Below, one piece after another: positions 38,366-52,662 of a stretch of 64,000 nucleotides of DNA; the first letter of the stretch is position 1; every line of letters begins with the position of its first letter. The notes below the pieces were generated by a model. It saw only the letters and a list, made by a program, of their open reading frames with translations. It was not told where the DNA came from and made no database searches. Source of the DNA: Felis catus. Its lineage: Eukaryota. The translations under genes were made by a program, and so were the position numbers. The stretch covers positions 205,718,001 to 205,782,000 of the forward strand of contig NC_058368.1 in the NCBI RefSeq assembly GCF_018350175.1, given 5' to 3'.

Positions 38366-39135
38366 AGTTAACCTGGCTAGAGAGTCTAGAGGCCTCTCAA
38401 ACCACTTTTTGTGGATTCTCTGGGCTTGTGTTTATAGATTCTTCATTAGAGGGATTTGCTGGTCCCTCCTCTACCCTGCCAGCATCTCATAATTTCTCAC
38501 TCCCTCTCGTGTTTATTATGATGCCACCTAGCTCTTTTTTGTTCTCAACAGTTCTTGGGCATCTAGAATATGCCAGATCCCATCAAGAGGCAGGCAAAGC
38601 AGCGGTCAGTTCCTTGAGCAGCTCCTTGAAAAATCACGTTGGACACATGCTCTATTCTTCTCTACTGCTTGAGGAAGAGGTTGCCAAGCTTACTGGCCTC
38701 TGTCTGTGATATTGCCAGTGCTCTGGAGCAACAACAAACCACACAGCTTTCTTGTGTTTAGTGAGCCCCAGGCATCTAGAATGTACTGGGCTTTCCATTA
38801 CAGCTCTTAGGTGAGGCAGAAGCCAGTGTCTTGGGTAGCCCCTTGACCCCCCAAAAGTCAGAACATTGGAAATATGGTCCAATCTTTCCCTTTTCAAAAA
38901 GAAGCTGGGAATTTACTCTCAATCATGTAGCACTGTGTCAGGGAGGGACTAAGGCAAGAGTGTGCCACAAATTTTCCTACCAGCTTCAATGGTTGGTATT
39001 GCAATTGTGTGGGGTGTAGGGGCTTCTGACTTGGTTTCTGGATTTCTCACAAAAGGAATTGATTAATATATTGTTGAAAAATTAGTGTACCCATGGGGGG
39101 AAGAAGGGTTTGTGGCTTCCTCTTCTGCCATATTG
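38366..39135 (-). mobile_element. Old L1 5' UTR (L1M2/L1M3-type 5' end)
   Basis: tggtttctggatttctcacaaaaggaattg...ggcttcctcttctgccatattg matches the recalled old-L1 5' terminus in reverse. Confidence 0.7.
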
Positions 39136-39144
39136 CTACTGTTA

Positions 39145-40270
39145 ATCATTACTATCTTATTTTTCCAACCTTATTACTATTTCCTTTAGGTCATCTTTGC
39201 TAGCTATGCCTCCGTTTCTTTACATCTAGGGCTTAGGCCTTGATCTCTCTCTCTCTCTTTTTCTATAATGACACTCTTCCCCAAGGTTAAAATATATAAA
39301 CCAATGACTTGAGATAATATCTATGTGCTGATGACTCCTTAAGTTTATATTATTTGCCAGATACCTCTGCTGAACTCTGTCCTCAGATACCCCACTACCT
39401 TCCTATCATTTTCATTTGAATGTCCTATAGAAACCTCAAACTTAACATGACTTAAAAAGAACTCTTAAGTTTACCATCCATTGTTACCCTCCAAGTTTGT
39501 TCCTAATCAAGTGTTCCTCATCTAAGTCTTTTACCTCACTGTCTGTCAGTTTCTCAAGTCTTGGAATGATTCTTCAGTTTTTTCCCCTTCAAACCCTAAA
39601 ACCACCCAGACAGTAAATCTTGTTGAATCTTTCTCCAAATGTATCCCATATCTTTTCATTTCTCACTATTTCCACTATTAAAATGCTAATCTAGTTACTG
39701 TCCCCTCCTACATGAATTACTCCAAAGGCCCCTAACCCATATCCCTGCCTTCATTTTTGTCCCTCTACACAGAGTAGCTTTCAAAAGTATAAATGTGGTA
39801 TATTATCCATTTGTTAAAACTCCTCTACCTTTAATTACTAAAATTACTGATCCCTGTCTGTCTCTCTGACCTCAACTCCTTCTACTCTTTTCTTACTCAT
39901 CATAGCCTTTTTTTTTTTTTTTTTTGGCCATCAGGCCCTCCCAGTTTCCTCTTGCTTTAGAGATTTGAATCTTCTAGATTGTCACCACTCTGCCTTCTTC
40001 CTCTTCTAATGAAGTCCTCTCCTCAGGAGACATCCCCTGACCATGCTAGCCAAAGCAGTTTATCTCTATCCTTATAATTTTTCCAACCATTGCTTGACCT
40101 ATCTTCTTTATAGTGCTTAAGTAAAAACAATTAACTACTTTCTTTATATATTTATTATATATCAACAGAGTATAATACAAGCTCCTTGGGAACAGGACCT
40201 TGTCAGTCTTTGTAGGTACACAGAATATGTCTGGGCTACAATCAGTATGCAATCCATACTTGTCGACTAA
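39145..40270 (+). mobile_element. L2, 3' part
   Basis: tatgtgctgatgactcc (YADD), aaacctcaaacttaacatg, aagctccttgggaacaggacc motifs. Confidence 0.75.
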
Positions 40271-40653
40271 GAAATAACAGTATAGAGGGAGTCTGATCTT
40301 GCACAAAGACCTCTGGTCAGTTGATTTGCGAAAAGGCAACCCAACAAAAGTATTCAAGACAGATTTATTATTTGAATTCTTTGTAAAGTCCTGACCTCCA
40401 TGAACATTAGTTAAGATTATGCTGGGCCCAATGTTTTTTTGAATGAGATACATGACAGTTGAACAGAGTGAAATCGGAATTTGCTTTATGTAGCAATTTT
40501 TAGCCATTATGGTACCACATGTTCAACCAGTTTTCTTCTATTTTTATATATTAAATTGAGTGATCATAATAAAAACTTTGATGAAATATCAGATTGGACT
40601 GTGACTTAAGGGTAAAAAAAAAGTATGCAATCTTTAATACTATTCTGGTTTCT

Positions 40654-40870
40654 TATTTATTTATTAAAATTTTTTTTAATTTATTTTTGGGAGACAGAGA
40701 GAGAGTGAAAGCAGAGGAGGGGCAGAGAGAGGGAGACACAGAATCTGAAGCAGGCTCCAGGCTCCAAGCTGTCAGCACACAGCCCGATACAGGGCTCAAA
40801 CCCATGAAGTGCAGTATCGTGACCTAGGCCAAAGTCAGATGCCTAACCGACTGAGCCACCCAGGCACCCC
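40654..40870 (-). mobile_element. Felid SINEC
   Basis: TSD AATACTRTTCTGGTTTCT at 40636-40653 and 40871-40888. Confidence 0.93.
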
Positions 40871-41319
40871 AATACTGTTCTGGTTTCTAAGCTTTGTATT
40901 CTAATTGTCTGTAAGTTGGTCACTTGAATATAATCTGTATAGTGACTTATTTAACCAAAATATAGTAATAATACTAGACCCCACAATTACTTTGAGTGCT
41001 TTTATTATTAGCTTCATAAGAAATATGAAAAATTCTATTAAAATACAACAAAGGTATACAGGCTAGCCCACAAGGCAAAAAAAAGAGGACACAAATATGT
41101 ACAAAAGATGTAGGAGCTGTCATTTAATTGCAGAAATGTATCCGCGTGACTGAAGTCCAAAAAAGGTTGACATTCAAACAAAGATAATATCAAGATGTCT
41201 CCTCCCTATGCTTGGAGCTAGATGTAGTACAAGGGAGGTCTAGAACATTGCTTGAGACAGATAATGTAAAATGAACAAATGATACCAAGAAATAACCACT
41301 CCCTAAGTCAGGCAGGGGA

Positions 41320-41530
41320 GGCATAGTTTAAAAATTCAGGCTCTGTTTTCGAATACCTGGGTTTTGGGTTTGCCATTTATTAGCTCTGTGAATTTGGGAA
41401 AATTATTTAATCTCTCTGTGCTCCAGTTTCCTCAACTGAAAAATGAAGATAATAACAGTACTATAGGTTGAGTACTTCATAGGAATAGTATTTCTTGGCT
41501 TGTTGCAAGGATTAAATGAGAATTAAATGC
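41320..41530 (+). mobile_element. MIR (more MIR pieces at about 41900-42320, 43790-43960, 48080-48260, 56320-56440, 61965-62200)
   Basis: MIR core ttatttaatctctctgtgctccagtttcctcaactgaaaaatgaagataata. Confidence 0.75.
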
Positions 41531-44500
41531 TACCTATTCATATTTTATTTGTGATTTTCAACCAGAATGAATAATCTTCAGAAGCAAAGTGAAAAGCTAG
41601 TAAGAAGAAATGTTTTTAAATGTGTTCAAGCTTTTGTGCCAAGGCAATATGTATCTCTAGGTACTAAGGGAAAAAAACAACTGACAAAATGTTACAGAAG
41701 TCAACGGTCATTTCTAGAGATTGTAGAAACTGAAGTATACAGATATGTAACTGCCACAGTTTTCAAAAGAGGAAAAATAGATCCTAGCGACTTTACGTGG
41801 TAATAATGAATGGTTTGTGAGTAATTAAAAAGGAAGCGATGGTAATCTATATCCTGGATAGAGGTAAGGCATCACCCTCTGGTGAGAAAAGTGAACTAAC
41901 TGCCTGGGAGATATAAGACCCGCATTGTGGTGTTGATTTGCAAACAAGTCTTGGCAAGTCACTTAACTCCACCCAGCCTCTCGTGTTACCTTTGTAAAAG
42001 TGCTTAACAGTTGATGTTGTGGGCCAATTTGGTCCAAGCCATGGCTCTGCTACTTACCAGCTCACTCAGGGGAGCTCCTAAAAATTCTCTGGGTTACAAT
42101 TTCCTCAGCTCTAAAATGGAGAAAATGACAGTACCAACCTCACATTCTTTGTTATAAGGATTCAATAGGAATAAGCATATGTATGTGTATAAGGTGCCTG
42201 GGTGGCTCAGTTGGTTGAGCATCTGACTCTTGATTTCAGCTCAGGTTATACATGTGGTACATATGTACACATATATATGTATGTGACAGCATACCTGTCA
42301 CGGAGTAAGTAGTCAATAAATGTGGTTTTTTTAATCATTCCATCATGTCTAATTACCCTCATTTACTTTGCTGACTGGGTCTCTGGCAAGGCCTACCTGG
42401 TTCTCTGCCTCTCTAAGCGCCTCTTTCCTTGTCTCCCCTCAATTAAAGCTTCTTGGCTTTTCTGTCTTCCCTGCTCAGGCTCAGCACAGCCTTGGGCTCC
42501 AGAACCAGTCCAACTATAAACAAGGGAATGTGAAGAGGGCTACTTCAATGTTCACCTTCCTGTGTCTAGCATTCAGGCTCTCTGATGCAGCTGAGTACAG
42601 AAAATGGGCTTTATAGGAGGGGGCAGATGTGAGTAACACAGAGAGGAGACTGGATCTCCCACGGGTGGAGAAGATGTTGGCTAGGTAGATACAGTGACAA
42701 GTGATTGGGAAGGTGTCCATAGCCAGAGAGGACAGTGACCAGCAATAGTTCTGGTGCAGCAGAGAGAATAGGTTCCAATATATGGACAGAGATAATAGGA
42801 AATCTACAAGTAGATTTTACAGAAACACAGGAAAACTTCAGCCAGATTAGACTTCTTCGTATGAAGTTTACTTGTCTGTGTTTGAGCTTTGGACACCACC
42901 TAGATGACTAGATTTTTCTAAGATTAAGCTCTTCAGCCCCAGACTGTACCCATATCATAGGACAGAAAGATTTCTGTACGACTCTTCCTACCAAGTTTAG
43001 AATGCCTTGTGCCTGACTGAGTGCTCTCTCACTGTGATTTATGAGAAAACTCCCAGTTGTCACAAGTTGATATATTAGGTAACGGAGCCTAAATTTTAAA
43101 ATGACTTATAAACTTGAAGATTAATTGAAGCTATTCTGATGAGCTTTAACAAGAATCAAACTAATAAAAAAAAACAAATTAAAATATGAAATATGTAATA
43201 GGAACCTATGGTTTGTGAGAAAAAGACCTAGGACACATAGCCACCTGGAAGCTGAGTATAAATTAGTAGTGTGACATGGCAGCAAAAATGTATATACGTG
43301 CTTGGGCTGCATGGCTAGATACAGTTTGCAGAGCAAGGGATGTGACAGCCTGGCTGGCCCTGTGCTCAGCTAAGCCATTTGCAGCATGGTGCTCCGTTCT
43401 AGGCTTCAGACTTTCACAGAGATCTTGGAAAGCTGCAGTGTTTTGGGATAGCAAGGGAGTGGGGATTGTGGGGAGGGCTTTACCAAACCATTGACTCTGA
43501 CATTTCTGGAAGCCAAACCATATGGGAATATAGCTACCTCTCTTCAAATACATGAAGGAGAGGTCTCTGGAGTTCTAAATTAAAGCAACCATAAAATAGA
43601 ATGGGGGTATGAAGGTTTTGACAAGCTGAAGGGAAAGGGAGAATGCCTTATCAATGTGACTTTTAAGTAGTGAACTCATCCTCTCCAGTAGAAGTGTGTA
43701 AAGAGAGGCTGGATGGTCATCTTCCAAACACCTGCACTGACACAGTGTTTGAGCCAGATGACCTCTAAGGTCTTTGCTGGTTTTAAGATACTGGGTGGTT
43801 TGGGGTATGTTACTTAGTCTTTTTGAACATCAGTTTCTCATATAAAATACGGATATGAACAGTACCCATGTTCGTGTGGTTGTTATGCAAATTAAATGGA
43901 ATATTTGGTGTGAAATATTTAGCATAGTGCCTGACCCCTAGTAAGTTCTCAATGTATGAGTTATGAGTATTTAAGTTACCTAATGAATTATTGACAGACA
44001 GAATAAATCAAATGTCCTAATCACTATTTCTACTTTACCTGTTCTCCATCTATAGCATGTTTTCGGTCTTTTACCTTCATTTTTTTTTATAGTTTTACTT
44101 ATTGTTTAATTGCCTATAAGGATTTAGCAATCTCTTTTGGCAGGCAGGATATGAACTGAAAATTGAATACAGCAGGACCAAAGGCCATTTTAATTTAGGA
44201 CCTGAATATTATTTCCAAGGCTATTAGATTAAACAATATTTTGGCATATCAGTAGATAGAACTTACTTTTCTCTTGTGTCAGTGTGATTATTGAGACTAA
44301 ACTCCTGTGATAGAAGATGTGCAGACTCCAGGCTGCAATCATTCCATTACCTATACACAGATTGGGATCCCCTGGGCCTTTCCTGAAGTCAGGGTGCCAG
44401 AATGACCCTATGGACCTGACTTCGAGCAAAGTTCTTGAAGGAGAAAGCAACAACCCTGACTTCAAGATTTTTGAAGAATGTTTTCCCCCTGAAGCCAACT

Positions 44501-45344
44501 GATTATTTCATTATGATAGCGGACAGTTCATGTAAAATCCATTTAAACAATTTATTGGGGGGCACACTATAGTATTTGGCAATGGTATTTGCTTATTTGA
44601 TGGTGATAAAATGAAAGATTGGCAATAGAAAAAACTGCTGGACTTGAGAGCTAGAAATGTAAGAACAAACACCTTGCAAAAAGTTGCTAAAAAACAAAGG
44701 TATGTGACTCATGGAGACAGTAACTTAAACATGGCTCCCCTACTTTGGTCTCAATAATTCAATGAATGTGCATGTAAACACTAGAATATGTGTGCATTTG
44801 TGTGTTTTAGGATCTTAAATCACACGTTTTATTGGTATCAAGTATTACCAAGTCAGTGTGATTAAATATTGGAAATCAAAAATGTAAGACCAATTTCTCA
44901 TTCCTCCCAGTGCACCCGAGAAAACGGGCATTACCTTTTTTGGTGATTGCTGACAGTCCGGACTCTTGGGGTAGAGTAAGTCACTCAACATCTTTGTGAT
45001 TGTTTGCCCACCTACTCAGATGGTGGTCTCAATTATTGCTTTCTCAAAAGGAGAATAATTCTATGTTAAAGCATGTAAGGCTTTTGTAAAATATGTGTGA
45101 TAATACCAGGATCAGTAAAATTAGACTAAATAATTATGTGTGCGTTTGTGGTGCTGACAGTATTTTTGATGCAGGAGTGCAGAAAAATAGCAATTCAAAA
45201 TTGAAACACTGACACATGACTATGAATTTACAAGTGAAAATGTGACTTTTTACTTCCCAAATATATAATCTGAGTGACCAATAATTTTTCAAGATGTAAA
45301 TAGTGTTTTATACATATATAAACTTAAAGATTTATACTTGAAAA

Positions 45345-45500
45345 ATTATGGTAAGAGACGTACAACACAAGATTTGCCATTTTAGCTCTTTTTAAATGTG
45401 TAGATCTGTGACATTACATACATTCACTTTGTTGTTGCATCCATCACGGCCATTCATCCACAGAATATTTTCATCTTACAAAACTGAAACTTGCTAAACA
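45345..45500 (-). mobile_element. Old L1 3' end fragment
   Basis: L1MB-like terminal motifs. Confidence 0.65.
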
Positions 45501-45984
45501 ATAAGATTTAAAAATTACTTTGAAAATAATCTTATCTTTTACCCATAAAGCACTTTTGATATTGTAAAGACATAGTATCTATTTTATCATACTTGCATCA
45601 ACAATCTTTTAAGAAAGATGGGGACTCAAGTGTCTCTGAGTGCTTGGTAGCTTTGCTGGCTCTCGCTCTTCTCATTAATTGGAAAGTCAGGACTGGAACT
45701 CAGGACATCTGGCTTCCTGTGCAGTAATTTTCCTTCTTAATCCCTTAATAATAAAAATGAACTCATCGTTGTTTTCGCCTGTACTCAAGTAACTGGGCTC
45801 ATTTTTCCTTGATTGTGCTAACCCATTGTAAACTTTGTATTGCCCTCCAGGTTCTCTTTTTAATCCCCATTGTTCGAGGTTTGTGGGTTTTTTTCTTTTT
45901 CTGATGGGATCGTATTATGTTCCCTTTAATTGAGATTCTTTATGCTTTCAATGATATATGGAGAAACTCATGTTAAAGCGAACC

Positions 45985-46297
45985 TGGATCTTGAGAACAT
46001 GATGCTAAGTGAACTAATCCCGTCACAAAAAGACATATACTGCATGATTCCACATACATGAGCTATCTAAAATAGTGAAACTCATAGAATGAAAGGGTAG
46101 ATGCCAGGGGCTGACGGCAGGGCAGGGAGCTGGGCAGTTGTTGGGCGTGAATAGAGTTCCAGTTTTGCAAGATGAAAAAGTTCTGGAGATCTGCTGTACA
46201 ACAGTGTGAATACAATTAACACCATTGAACTGTACACTTAAACGTGGTTAACAGGTGGAAAGTTTTATGTTACGTGAGCATGTATTTGTTACCACAG
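45985..46297 (+). mobile_element. Old L1 (L1MB-class) 3' end
   Basis: catgatgctaagtgaa...gttttgcaagatgaaaaagttctggagatc...gaactgtacacttaaa. Confidence 0.8.
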
Positions 46298-46901
46298 TTG
46301 GTGGGAGACAACTTGCCCAGTCAGATCAGGTCTTATGGTTTTGGACATAAGCGGCTGGAGGTTAACTCTGTGGTTTCCCAGACTGTTATAATTCTTTGAG
46401 TCTCTAACATGAAGAAACAGCATCTTCTTTAGCTTTGCTTCTGGCTCTGAGACTAATAATCTTGGTTTTTCCTCATTTCATTCATGATTTCACTGATTGG
46501 AGATGGCCAAGTCACATTACCTTCTTAGGTCTCTGTGATATCAGACTAATGTACTTTGTTGTCTTTAGTATCCTGCTGGTAAGGATTAATGAAATAATAG
46601 ATGACAAGCTTTCAAATTCTTTCTATTGGAAACATCTTCCTGGGTTTGTAAAACAGGTTAGGATTCACATTGCACAGAGTTACCTACCAAGGAAAATTTC
46701 TCTTCTTGGATGGAGTGAGTGGCACCATACTACAAATTGGACAAGATCAGGATTCATTCTTCTAGAAATTACATACTAAACAACATATCCCAAACTGTTC
46801 TTGGAGCTAGAAATGGAAGTAAACAAGCTAAGTCAGGAAATTCCATTCAGTAGTAGGAGGGAAGGAGACCCTTTGAAAAGAACTGGCAAGCAACTGTAAG
46901 T

Positions 46902-47312
46902 TGTAAAGTAAAATGTATATGTTTATTTGAGGTCTTAGCGATTGTAATCTGGGAGACAGAATCGACCAAAATCAAAAATGTGCTGGAGAAAGACAGGGAA
47001 GGCTAGAGTTTTTAAAGAGGAAAGAGGGGATTTGCATAAGTTGTTTTGAAGAAAAGGTGATTGGTCCTGGCTTATCTACAGTTACATTAGTCTATGTGTG
47101 ATTGGTTGCTGGGGCTGGTGTTAGGCAGAAAGTCCATTTATGCCCATTATATCAAAAGTATGTGCCTTGGCTTTTAGCTGAATTCAGAAAGAAGATAATC
47201 AATTCCAAGAATTTGAGACAAAAGATGTGCATGAGTCCCACCTCCTCAGTGTCCTCTCAGCTCCATTTAAAAGAACTCTCTTAGCAATAGTTATTCCATT
47301 TTATTTTCTTCA
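46902..47312. mobile_element. Probable ERV1-class solo LTR
   Basis: TG...CA ends (tgtaaagtaaaat...attttcttca) and LTR-like internal motifs; family not assigned. Confidence 0.45.
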
Positions 47313-48297
47313 TTGTTAGAATTTACCTAAATCAGAGGATAATGTTGAATCTTATTAAAATATCTGAGCTGTAGGTGAAAAATTCCTCTTGGAAGATTTT
47401 GTTTTTCATATTAAAAGGTACAGCATGGGCACAGTGGTTGGGGCCCCATCACATGCTCCCATAAGCACTCTTAGGTCATTATCCACATGGCTTGGGCCCT
47501 GAATAACCAATTAAAGACTGAAATTTCCACTCTCTTAGTTTCAAATATCCAGTTGAAGGCCTGGACTTTTCATCTTTCTCAGGGATGTTCTTGTGGACTA
47601 ACTTTCTGATCTTCATGCTGGAAAGTGGGACAAGGGAGGGAGGCCATGGCTGAGGTGCTCATTCCAGAAGGCTCTCCGCCAGCCTTTAACCTTGTTCCCT
47701 ACGTGGCCTCTGTTTTTTTAGTCTCCTTCCAGACCTGGGGACAACCGCTTGCAATCGTATTACACTCTTTATTTTTCTGCATCTTCAGTTTCAGGCCCTG
47801 GCGGGAGTAATATCAAAAGAAAGCATCTGCTCTTTTTGCTTGGCCCTTTTAGAAGCTGTCCATCTGGTTGGAGAACGCTTACTGAGTTCTGAGGTCACCC
47901 TGCTGAAAGAAGTTGTTTCAAAGGTGATGGAAAGGCAGTTGTTGGTTTTTTTCCTTATGTTTGATTCCAAAAGTGTAACCTGACTCATCTTCAGTAGGCT
48001 GGAAAGCTCTCACGCAGTTCTGGGAGGTTTAGGTAAAAGTCCTATAGCAGTATGTTCGTAGAACAAGATTGTGTAGTAATAGCTGCCATTTATCAAAGGC
48101 CTGCCTTTTGGCAGTCTCTTCTGTGTACTAACTCTAATCTTTATAACAACCCTGTGCAGTCAATATTATTCCCATTTTACAGGGGTGCAAACAGAGATTA
48201 AACACTTGGGTTCACAGAAGTATTAGCTGATGAAGACAGTGCTGTCAAATTTCCAAGTTCAAGTGTTCTTTTCTTTTCTTTTTTAAAATTAGGTTTT

Positions 48298-48523
48298 GGG
48301 GCGCCTGGGTGGCGCAGTCGGTTAAGCGTCCGACTTCAGCCAGGTCACGATCTTGCGGTCCGTGAGTTCGAGCCCCACGTCGGGCTCTGGGCTGATGGCT
48401 CAGAGCCTGGATCCTGTTTCCGATTCTGTGTCTCCCTCTCTCTCTGCCCCTCCCCCATTCATGCTCTGTCTCTCTCTGTCCCAAAAATAAATAAACGTTG
48501 AAAAAAAATGTTTAAAAAAAAAT
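48298..48523 (+). mobile_element. Young SINEC_Fc-type copy
   Basis: TSD AAAATTAGGTTTT at 48285-48297 and 48524-48536. Confidence 0.95.
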
Positions 48524-49569
48524 AAAATTAGGTTTTGTATCCTGAATAAAACTTTTAGGTCTTATGTAGCAGTTCCCATTATTTGTTCAGAATTTTTTTC
48601 GTTGATAAATGATATTTTTCTGTGTTGTTCTGTTTTAAGTAAAGAGCATATTTGAACACATTTAAAGACAATCAATATTCGTGTATTTTAATGTTTTACT
48701 TTCTTGTTGGGCTCTAACTTTAAAAAAAGGACCTAGACATTTTCTTAAATCCTTAAACAAGTAAAGCACCAGACCTAATGGAATTAAATTCAGCACGAGT
48801 AAGATTAAAAGTTTGCTTTATGGCCAAATTGTGTTTTTTCTTTACACTCTATCCCTGGCTGCAAATGTCATCATACCATTTTCTATCAGATGAGAAATAG
48901 CAAATGTTATAAATGAGAAAAATGTTCAGTGCAGCTACATCAGCCTCACAAGTGCCTAAGTGGAACTTTAAATCCAGTGTTATATTCGAAAGGACATTGC
49001 TGCGTAGTGCAGCTTGGAAAGCCTCTCAATGGGTGATGCATTGGTCCTTGACCCTGAGAGATGGCATTTTGATTTTGATTGCTTTTTTTATGGCGAGTTT
49101 AGAACCTTTCCTAGAATATTGCTTTCAGGGGATTTTTCTTGGCTAATGTTTGGGCAAAAATCATTTTTATTCCAGCTGAAAGTCATCTTTTTTATCAGAA
49201 TTCAGAGTAGACTATGACAAAGCTTTGGCCCCCATCTACTTAAAACTGTTTGATTTGACTGTAATATTTGCTGACAGTCATAACAAATGTATTTTCCCAA
49301 ACTTTAAGACAATATTTTAATAGAAAATTAAATGAAAGAAATAAACTTTGCTAGATATTTCCCATTTCCATTAAAAAAAAAAAGAAACCTATGGAAACAA
49401 CATTTAATGGTTACTTTCTATATTCTAGGCCATGTGTTAGATACTTAGCCAAATATTGGCTAACAGTTCCATGTAATGAATTCATGGGGTTATTATTTTT
49501 TTTATTATAGAATTTGTTTCTTTAAGGTAGATACCATGATTAATTTCAACTATTTTGGACAAAATTTTA

Positions 49570-49930
49570 TTTTTATTTTTCCTTTGTTTCGTGTTATTTA
49601 TTTATTTATTTTCAATTTATTTTTAATTTTTTAATTTACATCCAAGTTAGTTAGCATATAGTGCAATAATGATTTCAGGAGAAGAATCTTGTGATTCATC
49701 CCCTACGTATAACACCCAGTGCTCATCCCAACAAGTGTCTTCCCCAATGCCCCTTGCCCATTTAACCCATCCCCCCACCCATAACCCCTCCAGCAACCCT
49801 CAGTTTGTTCTCCATATTTAAGAGTCTCTTATGTTTTGTCCTTTCCCTATTTTTATATTATTTTTGCTTCCCTTCCCTTATGTTTATCTGTTTTGTATCT
49901 TAAATTCCTCATATGAGTGAAGTCATATGA
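49570..49930 (-). mobile_element. Short felid/carnivore L1 3' end
   Basis: tttacatccaagttagttagcatatagtgc 3' UTR. Imperfect TSD at 49555-49569 and 49931-49945. Confidence 0.88.
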
Positions 49931-50174
49931 TTGAACAAAAGTTTACAAAGGACCATACTTTCCTTTTTTTGGTCTTCTATTAATGACTAATATAAGTTAG
50001 TCATTTTATGATAACAGGATAATTATTAACATCGGTTTTTGAACTACGTACCATACAGAGATATTTGGAAGAAGCTATTGGTATGTGCACAGCTGTTTGC
50101 GCACACACTGGACTAGACATCTGGTTTTTTTGTGTGTTTGAATATTACAGTTTTTAAAATTTAAAAAATTTTAA

Positions 50175-50762
50175 AAATTGTGGTAAAAGGCACACAGCAT
50201 AAAATTTACCATTTTAACCATTTTTAAATATAGAGTTCTAAATATAGAGTTCTATAGCATTAAGTACATTCACATTGTTGAATCACCACCATCCATTTCC
50301 AGAACTTTCTCTTCTTCCTTAACTAAAACCCATTAACACAACTATCCATTCCTCTCTCTCCTACCCTTCCCTAGATACTATCATTCATCTTACAGTCTCT
50401 GTGAATTTGACTACTCTAGGCAGTTCATATACGTGGACTCATGTAATATTTGGCCTCTTGTGAATGGCTTATTTCACTTAGCGTGATGTTTAAGGTTCAT
50501 CCATGTTGTGGCACAACTCAAAATTTCTTTCCATTTTAAGGCTGAATAATACTGCATTGTATGTATATACCACATTTTGTTTATCTGTTCTTTTGCTCGT
50601 AGATAATTAATGTGTGTCCATCTTTTGGCTATTGTGAATCATGCTGCTGCAAATGTGGTTGCACCAACACCTGCTCAAGTTCCTCTTTTGCTGTATTTGT
50701 GGACATGTCCAGAAGTGGAATTGTTAGATCATATGGTAGTTCTATGTGTAACTTTTTGAGTA
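50175..50762 (-). mobile_element. Old L1 (L1MB-class) 3' end
   Basis: attgtggtaaaa...aaaatttaccattttaaccatttttaa...ggcttatttcacttagc. Confidence 0.82.
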
Positions 50763-52386
50763 ATGTGATTGTTATAGTTTTGATCTCTTCTTTTGCTGCC
50801 ATTTCTTTGGACTTTTAGTGTGCTTGTCTTTAGAAACATTTTCCTACCTAATTATACCTCTTTATTTGCTGTTTATTTTCTCTTAGTTGAAGAGGGACCT
50901 AGCTAAGTTGATTGTACTTAGAATAGAAGTAAATAGGACTCTGAGGGACATTTAATTAAGTTCATCAGCTTTAGTATATAAATGTTAATCACATCTACTT
51001 TAACACTAAAAGGTCCTTTTATATATACTTTTAATGTATTTAATTGCAAGTGTAGTTGATGGTGTTTTAGATAATTAAGATATAGGAGTTGTGACTTCTA
51101 GGTAAGCAAGATATTATAGTTATTTGAGTTAAGATTCCTTAACTAGATATTAACTATGTGTATTCTAGTAATGAACCAAACATTGGATGCTATCCATAGC
51201 ATAATTTTTGGGGCAAAAATTCATCAATTATTGTTACAGATGCTTATTATGTATCTGTGTCATCCTCTAAGCACAGTTTCAGATTAGCGTGTAGAAGTAG
51301 TCTAGATCTTGAATATAACATGTAAAAATAAGCCTTGTGCACCTGCCAAAACAAAACAAAACAAGACATAATTTACTGATCTTACAAATGACTTTAAGAA
51401 TAGCCAATAATTTCACTAAAAATAAATAAATGCCAATAAACAATATGGCTACATGGAAAGGGGATATGTTATAACTATGAAATATTAAATCTTTAGCTAT
51501 GATATTTGCAAATCATCCTAAGATAATTTCTCGATGGTGTGAGAAATTTACTTTACTTCTGCAGCATTTCAGCAAATTGGCTTCCCTGACTTCTTTCATT
51601 TTTCAGGCAAGCCAAGCTACCCACCCAGCACTAAGCCACCTAACTAACACTCCAATCCCAATCAGGACCTTTATCTTGGATCCTGGTTTTTTGTCATCCT
51701 TCCCACTTGTGCTCTGGCTCCATGTTTCCATTCAAAGTCTATTTGAATTCTGACCCATTAGGCTTGTCTCCCATTTCTACTTGTCTCTCACACTTGATGA
51801 CAGGGAAAAAATAGACCCCTGGAAAATAAAATAGGAAGAATTATCTACATTAGAAACTTCATCAAAACCAAATCCAAAATGGAAAAGACTTTTTTTGTCC
51901 TGAAATGGAGAAGCTACTCTATTGAGGATTAGTAGTAGGAAATCAGTATACTCTTCCTCCTCCTTCTCTTTCTCTCCCTCCGTGTCTTTCATTTACCCAA
52001 TGACCTTATAGAACTTATTAGACACTGCTGGTTTCTATGCCTTTGAGTAGCTCATACATTCCTGTAGGAAACACACATGTCAAAAAATAACAAAGCAAGA
52101 AATAACAGGTATTGGCAAGGATGTGAAGAAAGGAGAACACTCTTGCATTGTTGGTGGGAATGCAAACTGGTGTAGCCACTCTGGAGAACAGTATGGAGGT
52201 TCCTGAAGAAACTGAAAATACAACTACCCAGGATCCAGCAATTGCACTATTTTACCCAAAGGATACAAGAACACAGATTTGAATGGGTACATGCACCTCA
52301 ATGTTTATAGTGGCATTCTCAACAATAGCCAAATTATGGAGAGAACCCAAGTGTCCATCAACTGTTGAATGGATAAAGATGTGGTA

Positions 52387-52606
52387 GGGGCGCCTGGGTG
52401 GCACAGTCGGTTAAGCGTCCGACTTCAGCCAGGTCACGATCTCGCGGTCCGGGAGTTTGAGCCCCGCGTCAGGCTCTGGGCTGATGGCTCAGAGCCTGGA
52501 TCCTGTTTCCGATTCTGTGTCTCCCTCTCTCTCTGCCCCTCCCCCGTTCATGCTCTGTCTCTCTCTGTCCCAAAAATAAATAAACGTTGAAAAAAAAAAT
52601 TTAAAA
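52387..52606 (+). mobile_element. Young SINEC_Fc-type copy
   Basis: TSD AAAGATGTGGTA at 52375-52386 and 52607-52618. Confidence 0.95.
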
Positions 52607-52662
52607 AAAGATGTGGTATATGCAATGGAATATTACTCAGCCATCAAAAAGAATGAAATCTT

